Source: a virus
Direction: 5' to 3' (one strand)
IMG/VR virus record: IMGVR_UViG_3300021963_000084
Span: 18,460-82,459 of that record
DNA length: 64,000 nucleotides
A program made the translations under genes and the position numbers. Below, one piece after another: positions 52,441 to 62,695 of the stretch. Under the pieces are notes generated by a model. The model saw only the letters and a list, made by a program, of their open reading frames with translations. It was not told where the DNA came from and ran no database searches. Positions within the stretch are counted from its first letter, which is position 1, and every line of letters begins with the position of its first letter.

Positions 52441-54390
52441 ATGGCAACACAATTATCGCCAGGTATTATTGTTCAGGAGCGTGACCTTACTAATTCAAGG
52501 CTTCAGGAAACAATCACAAACGTTGGTGCTATTGCTGGTCCTTTCACAAAGGGTGAAGTAGGAGTAGCAAAACTCATTACATCTGAGAAAGACTTAGTAG
52601 AAACTTTCGGAAAACCCACCGCTGAAAATTTTGAGTGGTGGTTTACTGCATCAGAGTTTTTAAACTACGGTGGTAATCTGCAGGTAGCAAGAATCTCTGA
52701 TAGCAGCGCAAGCAACCTTACAAATGCTAATGCGACTGGTGCGACTGCAAGTGGTATTGCTAACATTAAAGTAAATAGTGTTAGTGACTATGAAACTAGT
52801 GTAGAAGGTGTAACTCCAGGATATAAGTTTGTAGCAAAAAATCCTGGTACTTGGGGTAATGCACTGAGAGTAGCAGTAATTGACAGAGGTGCAGACCAAA
52901 TTCTGACTCTTGCTTCTGGTGTTTCATTTGCTGCTGGTGCAACTGTAACTGATGGAACCGCAACAGGTAAAGCATACGAGAGTAATGCAGGAGATACTAC
53001 TCAAGTAGCAGTTGTTCTGGATGCTGGTTCTGTTAAATTTACAACTACATCTGTAGTTTCTGGTTCTGCAGTATCAGCAGTGGCAGATTGGTATGATGAG
53101 CAGTATGCGATTGCTGGTTCAGTAAAATGGAATTCAGTAGCTCCTCGTCCAGGAACTTCACCTTTTGCTGCAAGTAAAGGTGGTAAGTGGGATGAAGTAC
53201 ACGTACTTGTAATTGATGACACTGGTGCAATTACAGGAACTCCCTCTACAATTGTAGAAAGACTTCTTTATCTTTCAAAAGCATCTGATGCAAAGACTAC
53301 TGAAGGAGAAACTAATTTCTATAAAACAGTAATCAAAGGTCGTTCTAAGTATATCTACCTCGGTGCTCATGAAACATCATATGCATACACTGGTAGTGGT
53401 GTAGATATTACAAACTCTGCTCTTGCATCATCGACATTTAAACTCCTCGGTTCTAAGCAATATGATTTTGCTGCTGGTACTGATTATGCAAATTACAATG
53501 TAGGAAACGAAACTCAAACATATCTTGATGCTTTTAGCGATACTGAGAATATTTCTATTGACTATATTCTTGCTGGTCCAACTACTTCATCAAAAGCAAA
53601 TACTTTAATTAATATTGCAAATACTAGAAAAGATTGTATTGCATTTATTTCACCAAGAAGATCTGATGTTCTTGGTAGTGGTGCTTCAACTTCAGCACAG
53701 CAAAAAACTAACGTAGTTGCTTTCTTTGACGCTATTAGTGATAGTTCATCATATGCAGTATTTGATAACAACTACAAGTACTTGTATGACAGATTCAATG
53801 ATACTTATCGTTGGATTCCTTGCAACGCTGACGTTGCTGGTCTGTGTGTAAATACGTCTGCTGTTTCTGAGCCTTGGTTCTCACCTGCTGGTTTTAACAG
53901 AGGTAATCTCCGTAATGCAGTAAAGATTGCATTCAATCCCACTAAAGACCAAAGAGATGAGCTTTATGCGAAGCGTGTAAATCCTATTGTATCTTTCCCT
54001 GGTCAGGGTGTAGTTCTTTATGGAGATAAAACTGCTCTGCGTAGTCCATCTGCATTTGATCGCATCAATGTTCGTCGTCTGTTCCTCACTATCGAAAGAA
54101 CAGTAAAGGATTTCTCCAAAAATGTACTGTTTGAACTGAATGACGAAACGACTAGAAACAACTTTACATCTCAGGTCGATGCATACTTAAGAGATGTACA
54201 AGCAAGAAGAGGTGTTACAGATTATTTGGTAGTTGCTGACGGTTCAAATAATACTCCTGATGTAATCGATCGTAATGAATTTGTAGCTGATATCTACATC
54301 AAACCATCCCGTTCCATTAATTTCATCACTCTGACATTTGTTGCAACACGCACTGGTGTAAGTTTTGATGAAGTAATTGGTAGAGTTTGA
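52441..54390 (+). CDS. gp18: Tail sheath protein gp18
   Basis: SPGIIVQERDLT, PWFSPAGFNRG, FDRINVRRLF, IKPSRSINFI. Confidence 0.97.
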   Translation: MATQLSPGIIVQERDLTNSRLQETITNVGAIAGPFTKGEVGVAKLITSEKDLVETFGKPTAENFEWWFTASEFLNYGGNLQVARISDSSASNLTNANATGATASGIANIKVNSVSDYETSVEGVTPGYKFVAKNPGTWGNALRVAVIDRGADQILTLASGVSFAAGATVTDGTATGKAYESNAGDTTQVAVVLDAGSVKFTTTSVVSGSAVSAVADWYDEQYAIAGSVKWNSVAPRPGTSPFAASKGGKWDEVHVLVIDDTGAITGTPSTIVERLLYLSKASDAKTTEGETNFYKTVIKGRSKYIYLGAHETSYAYTGSGVDITNSALASSTFKLLGSKQYDFAAGTDYANYNVGNETQTYLDAFSDTENISIDYILAGPTTSSKANTLINIANTRKDCIAFISPRRSDVLGSGASTSAQQKTNVVAFFDAISDSSSYAVFDNNYKYLYDRFNDTYRWIPCNADVAGLCVNTSAVSEPWFSPAGFNRGNLRNAVKIAFNPTKDQRDELYAKRVNPIVSFPGQGVVLYGDKTALRSPSAFDRINVRRLFLTIERTVKDFSKNVLFELNDETTRNNFTSQVDAYLRDVQARRGVTDYLVVADGSNNTPDVIDRNEFVADIYIKPSRSINFITLTFVATRTGVSFDEVIGRV

Positions 54391-54396
54391 TTATAA

Positions 54397-54404
54397 AATA
54401 AATA
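54397..54404 (+). promoter_or_regulatory. Late promoter variant AATAAATA
   Basis: ATAAATA core upstream of gp19. Confidence 0.65.
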
Positions 54405-54425
54405 CAACATAAGGGAGACCTAACA

Positions 54426-55034
54426 ATGCCAAATTTAGCAAACTTTAAAGAAAGAATTGGTTATGGAATTCGTCCAAATTTATTCAGGATTGAAATTCCT
54501 GATATTTCTGCAGCAATAGGTACTTTTACCAGTTCAACTGATAACAGTGGAAGGGTATCATTTTTAGGAAGATCTGCATCTCTTCCATCTTCTTCAATCG
54601 GTACTGTTGAAGTTCCTTACAGAGGAAGAGTAATTAAACTTCCTGGTGACAGAACATTTGAATCCTGGACTATCACAATATTTGCTGATCCTTCATTGAA
54701 TACAAGAAGTTTCCTTGAGAAGTGGATGGATAAACTGAATGAGCATAGAAGTGGTGGTGGTTATACTGGCGGTACAAGTGCGAATGAATTTACAAAAAAC
54801 ATTGCTATTCATCAACTTCAAAGAGGCACTAATATCGCTGGTGCTGGCGATAACGATCCACACACTATCATTAAGACATATAGATTTATTAATGCTTGGC
54901 CAAGCAATCTTTCCGCAATCGATGTGTCATACGACAATAATAATTCGATTGCAGAATATACTTGCGAATGGCAGTATGACTGGTGGGAAGCAGAAACTGG
55001 TGATAACAGAGCTGGTAACGGCACTATCACCTGA
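54426..55034 (+). CDS. gp19: Tail tube protein gp19
   Basis: RPNLF, VPYRGR.IKLPGDRTFE.WT.T, WP. Confidence 0.95.
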   Translation: MPNLANFKERIGYGIRPNLFRIEIPDISAAIGTFTSSTDNSGRVSFLGRSASLPSSSIGTVEVPYRGRVIKLPGDRTFESWTITIFADPSLNTRSFLEKWMDKLNEHRSGGGYTGGTSANEFTKNIAIHQLQRGTNIAGAGDNDPHTIIKTYRFINAWPSNLSAIDVSYDNNNSIAEYTCEWQYDWWEAETGDNRAGNGTIT

Positions 55035-55040
55035 TAAATA
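55033..55040 (+). promoter_or_regulatory. Late promoter variant GATAAATA
   Basis: ATAAATA core upstream of gp20. Confidence 0.65.
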
Positions 55041-55070
55041 ACTACAGTAAAGTAGTTTCAACTCTATACA

Positions 55071-56717
55071 ATGGCAGAATTGTTTGGATTTTCTTTAGAC
55101 AAAGATAATCAAAAGAAAAAGAAGCAGCAGGGGTTAGTATCCCCTGTTGCTCCTAATAATGACGATGGGACCGTAACGATCTCCGCTGGAGGTTATTACG
55201 GTCAATATGTTGATATTGAAGGTATCTCAAAAAATGAATTTGAGATGATCCGAAAGTATCGTGAAGTATCTCTGCATCCTGAAGTTGATTCAGCAATTGA
55301 TGAAGTTGTTAATGAAGCTATTGTAGCAGATGGTGATGATTCTCCAGTAGAAATTGAACTTTCTAATCTGGAAGTTAGTGATTCAATTAAGAAAAGAATT
55401 CGTGAAGAATTCAAAGAAATTAAAAGACTTTTACAGTTTGACAAAAAGTGCTACCAGTTGTTCCGTCGCTGGTATATTGATGGCAGACTGTACTATCATA
55501 AAGTAATTGATGTCAACAAACCCACAGAGGGCATCAAAGAACTTCGCTATATTGATCCTCTGAAGATCAAGAAGATGAGGGAGGTTAAGAAACCTGTAAC
55601 TCCTCCTACTCAAGAACAAGCAAAAGTAGATTTTGGTGATGTAAAGGAATACTATCTCTTCAACCCAAAAGGTATTTTTACTAGCACATCCACTGTACAA
55701 GGTCCCCGTGATCATTTAGGCATCAAGATTTCTCTTGATGCTATCACCTTTGTTCCTTCAGGTCTGATGGATCTGAATATGAATATTCCTTTATCATACC
55801 TCCATAAGGCACTCAAGGCAGTTAACCAACTGAGAATGATTGAGGATTCTCTGGTTATCTACAGATTATCTCGTGCTCCTGAACGTCGTATTTTCTACAT
55901 TGATGTAGGTAATCTTCCTAAGGTAAAGGCAGAGCAATACCTGCGTGAGGTTATGTCTCGCTACAGAAACAAACTTGTGTATGACGCAAGCACTGGTGAG
56001 ATTCGTGACGATAAGAAGTTTATGAGTATGCTGGAAGACTTCTGGTTGCCTCGCCGTGAAGGTGGCAGAGGAACTGAAATTACTACACTCCCTGGTGCTC
56101 AAAACCTTGGAGAACTCAAGGACGTTGAATACTTCCTCAAGAAACTTTATAAATCGCTTAACCTCCCACCATCTCGCGTGGGCGAGGAAAAGGGATTTAG
56201 TCTCGGTCGTTCTAATGAAATCCTCCGCGATGAACTTAAGTTTATTAAATTTGTAGGCAGACTGCGTAAGCAATTTGCACATCTATTCAATGATATGCTG
56301 AAGACTCAATTAGTTCTGAAAGGTGTTATCACCACAGACGATTGGGAATTTATGGAAGAGCATATTCAATATGACTTCCTGTTTGATAATCATTTCACTG
56401 AACTAAAAGAAATTGAAATGATTAACGAGCGTCTGAATCTCGTCAATCAAATGCAACCTTTCCTTGGCGTTTATTATTCAAATGATTATATCAAACGTCA
56501 AATTCTGCAGCAAACTGAACAAGAAATTATTGATATTGCTGCTCAAATTAAGAAAGAAAAGGCATCTGGTGAACTGATGGATATTCCCATTGCACCCGTA
56601 GAACAGGATCCAATGGCAACTCCTCCACCTAAAAATGGACCTAAAGAAACTAAAACAAAAGATTCTTTAAAGGCACAAACACCTAAAAAAACTAACAATA
56701 AAGAGTTAGAAAACTAA
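55071..56717 (+). CDS. gp20: Portal vertex protein gp20
   Basis: RAPERRIFYIDVGNLPK.KAEQYL, EDFWLPRREGGRGTEI. Confidence 0.98.
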   Translation: MAELFGFSLDKDNQKKKKQQGLVSPVAPNNDDGTVTISAGGYYGQYVDIEGISKNEFEMIRKYREVSLHPEVDSAIDEVVNEAIVADGDDSPVEIELSNLEVSDSIKKRIREEFKEIKRLLQFDKKCYQLFRRWYIDGRLYYHKVIDVNKPTEGIKELRYIDPLKIKKMREVKKPVTPPTQEQAKVDFGDVKEYYLFNPKGIFTSTSTVQGPRDHLGIKISLDAITFVPSGLMDLNMNIPLSYLHKALKAVNQLRMIEDSLVIYRLSRAPERRIFYIDVGNLPKVKAEQYLREVMSRYRNKLVYDASTGEIRDDKKFMSMLEDFWLPRREGGRGTEITTLPGAQNLGELKDVEYFLKKLYKSLNLPPSRVGEEKGFSLGRSNEILRDELKFIKFVGRLRKQFAHLFNDMLKTQLVLKGVITTDDWEFMEEHIQYDFLFDNHFTELKEIEMINERLNLVNQMQPFLGVYYSNDYIKRQILQQTEQEIIDIAAQIKKEKASGELMDIPIAPVEQDPMATPPPKNGPKETKTKDSLKAQTPKKTNNKELEN

Positions 56718-56743
56718 ATAATTAATACATTCACAATATAACT

Positions 56744-56935
56744 ATGACTGTTACTAAAGAATTGATTGATAAAATTGTCTCTGGACAAAACTCTGAAGCT
56801 GCTGATGAAGTAATTGATTTGCTTTATCAGAAGTCTGTTGAGCAACTTGAGCGTTATAAGCAAGAGTATGCTTCGCAATTAATGAACCCCACAGAAGAAG
56901 AAACTACGGAAGAACCTACCGAAGAAGAACAATGA
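56744..56935 (+). CDS. Small acidic prohead core protein (gp67-like by position)
   Basis: 63 aa, acidic tail, between gp20 and gp21; ACTAAATA at 56713-56720 upstream. Confidence 0.6.
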   Translation: MTVTKELIDKIVSGQNSEAADEVIDLLYQKSVEQLERYKQEYASQLMNPTEEETTEEPTEEEQ

Positions 56936-57576
56936 AACTTATCGTAGAGCACATTGAGGACATTCAGTTCCTCACCGAAGAGAAGGACGGAAAAGAGTAT
57001 ACATATATTCAGGGAGTATTCCTACAGGGAGATATCAAGAACCGTAACGGTCGTGTATATCCTATGCCAGTTCTTCAACGAGAAGTGACGAACTATTCTC
57101 AAAACTATATTGAGAAGTCCCGTGCTCTCGGTGAACTCGGACACCCTGACGGACCCACTATTAATCTTGATAGAGTGTCTCATAAAATTGTAGAACTTTA
57201 TCAAGATGGTTCTAACTTCATTGGTAAAGCAAAACTGCTTGAAACACCAATGGGTAACATTGCCAAAAACCTTCTGCGTGAAGGTGTTCAACTGGGAGTT
57301 TCTTCCAGAGGTGTTGGCAGTTTAGAATCAAAAGGTGGTTCTAATTATGTTCGTGATGATTTTATGCTCACAACTGCTGCAGATATTGTAGCAGACCCTT
57401 CTGCTCCTGATGCATTTGTTAATGGAATTATGGAAGGAAAGGAGTGGGTATGGGAGAATGGTCTGCTCAAAGAAGCAGAAATTCAGAGAGTTAAAAAAGA
57501 GTTAGAACGAGTTTCCCGCAATCAACTTGAGGGTAAAATCCTTGAGTCGTTTGAGAGACTGCTGTTTAACTTATAA
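56932..57576 (+). CDS. gp21: Prohead protease gp21
   Basis: NRNGRVYP, GELGHP, GVSSRG.GS, DIVADPSAPDAFV. Confidence 0.97.
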   Translation: MKLIVEHIEDIQFLTEEKDGKEYTYIQGVFLQGDIKNRNGRVYPMPVLQREVTNYSQNYIEKSRALGELGHPDGPTINLDRVSHKIVELYQDGSNFIGKAKLLETPMGNIAKNLLREGVQLGVSSRGVGSLESKGGSNYVRDDFMLTTAADIVADPSAPDAFVNGIMEGKEWVWENGLLKEAEIQRVKKELERVSRNQLEGKILESFERLLFNL

Positions 57577-57580
57577 AATT

Positions 57581-57588
57581 AATAAATA
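57581..57588 (+). promoter_or_regulatory. Late promoter variant AATAAATA
   Basis: Upstream of gp22. Confidence 0.65.
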
Positions 57589-57626
57589 AGTATTAGAAAA
57601 TCAAAGTATCCGTAGGGGTAATTTTA

Positions 57627-58802
57627 ATGGCAAATTCGTTAAACGAGAAATTTGAGGAGTTCGTATCAGATAACATTGATGCGGAGACCGTTACAGAAAT
57701 GAAAAACGCTGTAACTGCTGGTGCTGCACCTGCAGAGAAATCACATCTTCCAAGTGCTTCTGGGTCCGAAGTTGCTGTTGCTAATGTAGAGCCAATGGCA
57801 GCAGGTACTTCTGCTGAGTACAACGGTAAGTTTGAAAACTCTGGTGCTAAGGCAGCAGCTCCTGTCAAGAAATCCAGAACTCAAGTTAATGCTGGTGAGG
57901 GTGGTCAAGACCCAATGCCTAAACTGGGTTCATCATTCCCAGGTGATCGTGGTGGTAAAGGAACCACCCGTGGTGGCGGGGAAGCAATGCCAACTCTTAA
58001 GAAAGAAGAGAAGGAAGTAGAAAAGGAAAAAGCACACGAAGATGAGAAAGAAGATAAAAAGCTCATCAAAAAAATGATGAAGAAAGAAGATGTTGACGTT
58101 ACTGCAGATGTAAATGCTCTGGTAAACGGCGAAGATCTTTCGGAAGAATTTAAAGAAAAAGCAACTACTATTTTTGAAGCTGCTCTTGTTTCCAAACTCA
58201 ATGAAGAGATTGAGAAACTGGAAGAGCAGTATGCTGCTCAACTGAATGAGCAAATTGAAGTGGCAAAGGAAGAAATGACCGCTAAGGTTGATGCTTTCCT
58301 TAATTACGTTGTAGAACAATGGATTCAAGATAACAAACTCGCTGTTGATCACGGTGTTCGCACCGAGATTGCAGAGTCGTTTATGTCAGCACTGAAGGAA
58401 GTCTTTGTAGAGCACTACATGGACATTCCTGAAGAGAAGTATGACATGGTTGAGGGTATGACAGAAAAACTTGATGAGATGGAACAAAAACTCAACGAAC
58501 AAATTGAAAAGAATATTGAACTGAACTCTGCACTGGGAGAATTCATTAAGGAGTCAATCGTTAGTGAAGTATCTCAGGGTCTCGCAGACACACAAAAAGA
58601 AAAACTTGCTTCCCTCTCAGAGGGTGTAGAGTTTAGCGATGAGGAAACTTATCGTGAGAAAATTGAGACAATCAAGGAAAATTATTTCCCCAAGTCCCAA
58701 GTTTCTGAAATGATCGCTGAAGCATCTGAGCCCGTAATTGAACAGGAAGTTCCTGCTCATATGAAGGCTTATGTTCAAGCAATCGCTCGTTATTCTAAGT
58801 GA
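57627..58802 (+). CDS. gp22: Prohead core scaffold protein gp22
   Basis: LSEEFKEKATTIFEAA, FLNYVVEQW, IKENYF; position before gp23. Confidence 0.93.
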   Translation: MANSLNEKFEEFVSDNIDAETVTEMKNAVTAGAAPAEKSHLPSASGSEVAVANVEPMAAGTSAEYNGKFENSGAKAAAPVKKSRTQVNAGEGGQDPMPKLGSSFPGDRGGKGTTRGGGEAMPTLKKEEKEVEKEKAHEDEKEDKKLIKKMMKKEDVDVTADVNALVNGEDLSEEFKEKATTIFEAALVSKLNEEIEKLEEQYAAQLNEQIEVAKEEMTAKVDAFLNYVVEQWIQDNKLAVDHGVRTEIAESFMSALKEVFVEHYMDIPEEKYDMVEGMTEKLDEMEQKLNEQIEKNIELNSALGEFIKESIVSEVSQGLADTQKEKLASLSEGVEFSDEETYREKIETIKENYFPKSQVSEMIAEASEPVIEQEVPAHMKAYVQAIARYSK

Positions 58803-58811
58803 TTTCTAATT

Positions 58812-58819
58812 TATAAATA
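58812..58819 (+). promoter_or_regulatory. Late promoter TATAAATA
   Basis: Exact consensus upstream of gp23, with AGGAG SD. Confidence 0.9.
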
Positions 58820-58855
58820 GTTCAAACCTAACATTTTCCAAGGAGTTAAAAGCAA

Positions 58856-60211
58856 ATGTTCAATACCGAGCATCTGCAGGAAAAGTGGGCACCTGTTCTG
58901 TCTCACGGCAATCTGCCTGAAATCAAGGACAATTACAAAAAGGCTGTCACTTCAATCCTGCTCGAAAACCAAGAGAAGTTCCTCCGTGAGGAGAGAATGC
59001 TGACCGAGGCTGCACCTACAAACAGCGGTCCTATCAATACTCAAACCACAGGCGCTGGCAACATCGCAGGTTTCGATCCCGTACTGATCTCGCTGATCCG
59101 TCGTTCGATGCCTAACCTGATTGCTTATGACATCTGTGGCGTACAACCAATGAACGGTCCTACTGGACTGATCTTTGCAATGCGCTCACGTTATACCAAC
59201 CAGACTGGTGCTGAGACTTTCTACAACGAAGTCAATGGTCAGTATTCAGGTTCACCATACGTTACCGCTTCTGGTTCAACTGGTGCTACACCTGTTGGTA
59301 CTAACCCTGCTGTACTCAACGCTTCAGGTACTTATACCTCTGGCGCAGCAATGAGCACTTCGACTGCAGAAGCTCTTGGAGATTCAGCGAACAATCAGTT
59401 CCCTGAAATGGCATTCAGCATCGAGAAGATTGCTGTTACTGCTAAGTCAAGAGCACTGAAAGCAGAATACAGCATCGAACTCGCACAAGACCTGAAGGCA
59501 ATTCACGGTCTGGATGCTGAGACTGAACTCGCAAACATTCTTTCAGCAGAAATTCTGACTGAAATCAACCGTGAAGTTGTTCGTACCGTATTCCGCTCCG
59601 CTAAGCCTGGTGCTCAGCAGAACGTTGCTTCTACTGGTACTTTCGACCTTGACGTTGATTCAAACGGTCGTTGGTCTGTTGAGAAGTTCAAGGGTCTTCT
59701 GTTCCAGATTGAGCGTGAAATGAACGCTATCGCTAAAGAGACTCGTAGAGGAAAGGGCAACATGCTCATCTGTTCTTCGGATGTTGCATCTGCTCTGTCA
59801 ATGGCAGGCGTTCTGGATTACACTCCTGCGCTGAACACCAACCTCAACGTTGATGACACTGGCAACACCTTCGTTGGTACTCTGAACGGTCGTATCAAGG
59901 TCTACATTGATCCTTATTCGGCACTGCCTTCAGAGGGCAACACTGCTGCTCAGTTCTTCATCGCTGGTTATAAGGGCACTTCCCCTTATGATGCTGGTCT
60001 GTTCTATTGCCCATATGTACCTCTCCAGATGGTACGTGCAATCGGTCAGGACACCTTCCAGCCCAAGATTGGCTTCAAGACCAGATATGGTATGGTCCTG
60101 AATCCATTCGCAAAAGGCGACGTTGCACTGACAGATTCCGATCCAGTAGCGGGCGGAAACCTCAGCAGCAACGTTTACTACAGAAGAGTAAGAGTCACTA
60201 ATCTGATGTGA
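58856..60211 (+). CDS. gp23: Major capsid protein gp23
   Basis: KWAPVL, LIRRSMPNLIAYDICGVQPM.GPTGLIFA, ELAQDLKAIHGLDAE, QPKIGFKTRYG; L-T-E cleavage-type site near the N-terminus. Confidence 0.98.
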   Translation: MFNTEHLQEKWAPVLSHGNLPEIKDNYKKAVTSILLENQEKFLREERMLTEAAPTNSGPINTQTTGAGNIAGFDPVLISLIRRSMPNLIAYDICGVQPMNGPTGLIFAMRSRYTNQTGAETFYNEVNGQYSGSPYVTASGSTGATPVGTNPAVLNASGTYTSGAAMSTSTAEALGDSANNQFPEMAFSIEKIAVTAKSRALKAEYSIELAQDLKAIHGLDAETELANILSAEILTEINREVVRTVFRSAKPGAQQNVASTGTFDLDVDSNGRWSVEKFKGLLFQIEREMNAIAKETRRGKGNMLICSSDVASALSMAGVLDYTPALNTNLNVDDTGNTFVGTLNGRIKVYIDPYSALPSEGNTAAQFFIAGYKGTSPYDAGLFYCPYVPLQMVRAIGQDTFQPKIGFKTRYGMVLNPFAKGDVALTDSDPVAGGNLSSNVYYRRVRVTNLM

Positions 60212-60234
60212 TTCAATGCCTTGCAGGCGCTTCT

Positions 60235-60261
60235 AGACCCCTCTCAGAGGGGTCTTTTTTT
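60235..60261 (+). terminator. Rho-independent terminator after gp23
   Basis: AGACCCCTC-TCA-GAGGGGTCT followed by a T-run; late-like TCTAAATA at 60263-60270. Confidence 0.9.
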
Positions 60262-60282
60262 ATCTAAATATTTTTATTTAAA

Positions 60283-60801
60283 ATGGCACAATCAAAATGG
60301 GTTAATGAAAGGATTGAAAATAAAAATTTTCTCGCTCCTAATGGATTCAAATTATCTTTACTTAAATTTCCTAAGGTAGCATTTTATTGTCAGTCAGCAA
60401 ATATTCCAGGAATTAGTATTCCCAGTATTGATATTCCAACTCCATTCAGGGATTATCCAGTAGCAGGAACTGAAACAGAATATGAAGATCTTACAGTTAA
60501 GTTTCTGATTGATGAGGATATGACAAACTATGCAACGATTCACAAATGGTTGCGTAAAACTGGTCTTGCAGAAACTTTTGATACTTCAGTAAATCCCGAA
60601 GAAAGTCAAGGTGTTTTAGAAATTTTAAACAGTAACTGGAGAGCAAATATTATTGTTGAATTCGATGATTTGTTTCCCGTTTCTTTAACAGCACTAGAGT
60701 TTGATGCTGGAGATAATAACGTAGATTATATGGTCGCTCAAGCGACTTTTAAATATCGAATATATAGAATTAAGAACGATGATGGAGATGTGATTAGTTA
60801 A
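60283..60801 (+). CDS. gp3: Tail completion/tube terminator gp3
   Basis: NFLAPNGFK...P.V.FYCQSANIPGI, FLIDEDM.NY, FP.SL..L.FD. Confidence 0.88.
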   Translation: MAQSKWVNERIENKNFLAPNGFKLSLLKFPKVAFYCQSANIPGISIPSIDIPTPFRDYPVAGTETEYEDLTVKFLIDEDMTNYATIHKWLRKTGLAETFDTSVNPEESQGVLEILNSNWRANIIVEFDDLFPVSLTALEFDAGDNNVDYMVAQATFKYRIYRIKNDDGDVIS

Positions 60802-61229
60802 TGACCTTTGATGAAATTCAAGCAATGTGGGAGCAGGATTCTAAAATTGATCCCGTAGAACTAGATACTGCTTCCCTTTCTATTCCTTCGTTACACGCAA
60901 AGTATTTTAAAATTTTTTCAGATTATCGCTTCAAGAAAAAACAAGCAACACTTAACCTCAAGCAATTAACTCGTAAAAAGTTTGAATACTATACAGGCAA
61001 AGCAGAACCTGAAGAGTATAAAGAAAATCCTTTTGACTTAAAAATTCTCAAATCAGATTTACCAATGTATATCGAATCTGATCCTGAGATTAAAGACTTA
61101 CAACTTAAGATTGATATGTATGAAATCATTATTGAGTACCTTGATGGTGTCATCAAAATGATTTCCAATCGTTCATATCAAATCAAAAATGCTATCCAAT
61201 GGAAATCCTATATTGACGGTATTGCTTAA
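60801..61229 (+). CDS. uvsY: Recombination mediator UvsY
   Basis: W..DS.ID, IPSLHAKY, YY.GKA, R.YQIKNAI.W. Confidence 0.93.
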   Translation: MTFDEIQAMWEQDSKIDPVELDTASLSIPSLHAKYFKIFSDYRFKKKQATLNLKQLTRKKFEYYTGKAEPEEYKENPFDLKILKSDLPMYIESDPEIKDLQLKIDMYEIIIEYLDGVIKMISNRSYQIKNAIQWKSYIDGIA

Positions 61230-62695
61230 TGGCAGACATTACTATTCAGAAGCGCAATGAAGTATATCTTCAACTTGACTGTGAACCACACATCAAATAC
61301 GAACTCTCGGAATACTTTACATTTGAAGTACCCGATGCAAAGTTTATGCCACAGTTCAAGAGCAGAATGTGGGATGGAAAAATTCGTTTATTCAGTCCAT
61401 CTAACGGACAACTCTACATCGGATTATTGTCTTACCTTATGGAGTGGGCAGAGGAACGAGAGTACACCTGTGCTTTTGAAGATAATAAGTTCTACGGTAA
61501 ACCTAACGAAACAAATCCTTACATCTCTCCAGAAGCGATTAAGGAATATATGGATTACCTTACGCCGAAGATTAAACCACGAGACTATCAATACGATGCA
61601 GTCTACAGAGGATTAAAGAACTACCGCAGAATTATTCTGTCTCCTACTGGTTCAGGTAAGTCATTTATGATTTATTCTTTAGTAAGATACTTTACTGCTG
61701 CTAATCTCAAGACTCTGATTATTGTACCAAGTATATCATTGGTTACTCAACTCTTCAACGATTTTGTTGATTATGGTTGGGATGCTGAAAACTATTGTCA
61801 TCAAGTCTATGCTGGTGAAGCAAAACTGTCTGATATGCCAGTGGTCATAACCACTTGGCAAAGTGTCTACAAACTTCCCAAAAAATATTTTGACAGTTAT
61901 ACTGCAGTAATTGGAGATGAGTGCCATACCTTTAAGGCAAAATCTCTCACAAGCATTATGACTAAACTCCACGAGGCAAAGTACAGAATTGGTTTTACTG
62001 GAACTTTGGATGGAACTAAAACACATCGCTTAGTCTTGGAGGGACTGTTTGGACTTTCAAACAAAGTTACCAATACCGCTGAACTGATGAAGCGTGGTCA
62101 GTTGTCTGATCTTAAAATTAAAATTTTGTTACTTAAGCACGAATCTTTTAGGTTTGCTAATTATCCAGACGAGATGGATTGTATCGTATCACACCATAAG
62201 AGAAATAAATTTATTCGTAACTTATGTCGAGATATCAGCGGAAATACCCTATTACTCTTCAATTATGTCGAGAAACACGGTGAACCACTTTACGAACTTA
62301 TAAATAGTACCATCGGGTCGGAACGAAAAGTTTTCTTTGTTCACGGTGGAGTTGAAGCCGAAGAACGAGAACAGATCCGACAATTAACAGAACAACAAAA
62401 TAATTGCATAATCATTGCTAGTTACGGAACATTTTCCACTGGCATTAATATCAAGAACCTTCACAATATTATATTTGCATCTCCTAGTAAATCAAGGATT
62501 AGAAACCTACAGTCTATTGGTAGAGTTCTAAGAAAAGGAGAAAATAAATCTCAAGCAGTTCTCTATGATATTGCTGATGATTTTTCAAAAGGTAATTATA
62601 GTAATTACACTTTGAATCACCTAAAAGAAAGAATTAAGATTTATAATGAGGAGAATTTTAACTACGAAATTATTCCAGTAAACATAAAAAAATGA
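61229..62695 (+). CDS. uvsW: SF2 helicase UvsW
   Basis: WDGKIRLF, SPTGSGKS, DECH, QSIGRVLR. Confidence 0.96.
   Translation: MADITIQKRNEVYLQLDCEPHIKYELSEYFTFEVPDAKFMPQFKSRMWDGKIRLFSPSNGQLYIGLLSYLMEWAEEREYTCAFEDNKFYGKPNETNPYISPEAIKEYMDYLTPKIKPRDYQYDAVYRGLKNYRRIILSPTGSGKSFMIYSLVRYFTAANLKTLIIVPSISLVTQLFNDFVDYGWDAENYCHQVYAGEAKLSDMPVVITTWQSVYKLPKKYFDSYTAVIGDECHTFKAKSLTSIMTKLHEAKYRIGFTGTLDGTKTHRLVLEGLFGLSNKVTNTAELMKRGQLSDLKIKILLLKHESFRFANYPDEMDCIVSHHKRNKFIRNLCRDISGNTLLLFNYVEKHGEPLYELINSTIGSERKVFFVHGGVEAEEREQIRQLTEQQNNCIIIASYGTFSTGINIKNLHNIIFASPSKSRIRNLQSIGRVLRKGENKSQAVLYDIADDFSKGNYSNYTLNHLKERIKIYNEENFNYEIIPVNIKK

Noticed and set aside
60211-60283. Absence of gp24, hoc and soc after gp23
   Set aside because: Normal for cyanomyovirus-type gene order (gp23, gp3, uvsY, uvsW).
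50715-62695. Introns, inteins or homing endonucleases in gp17, gp20, gp23 or uvsW
   Set aside because: All have normal length and contiguous motifs.
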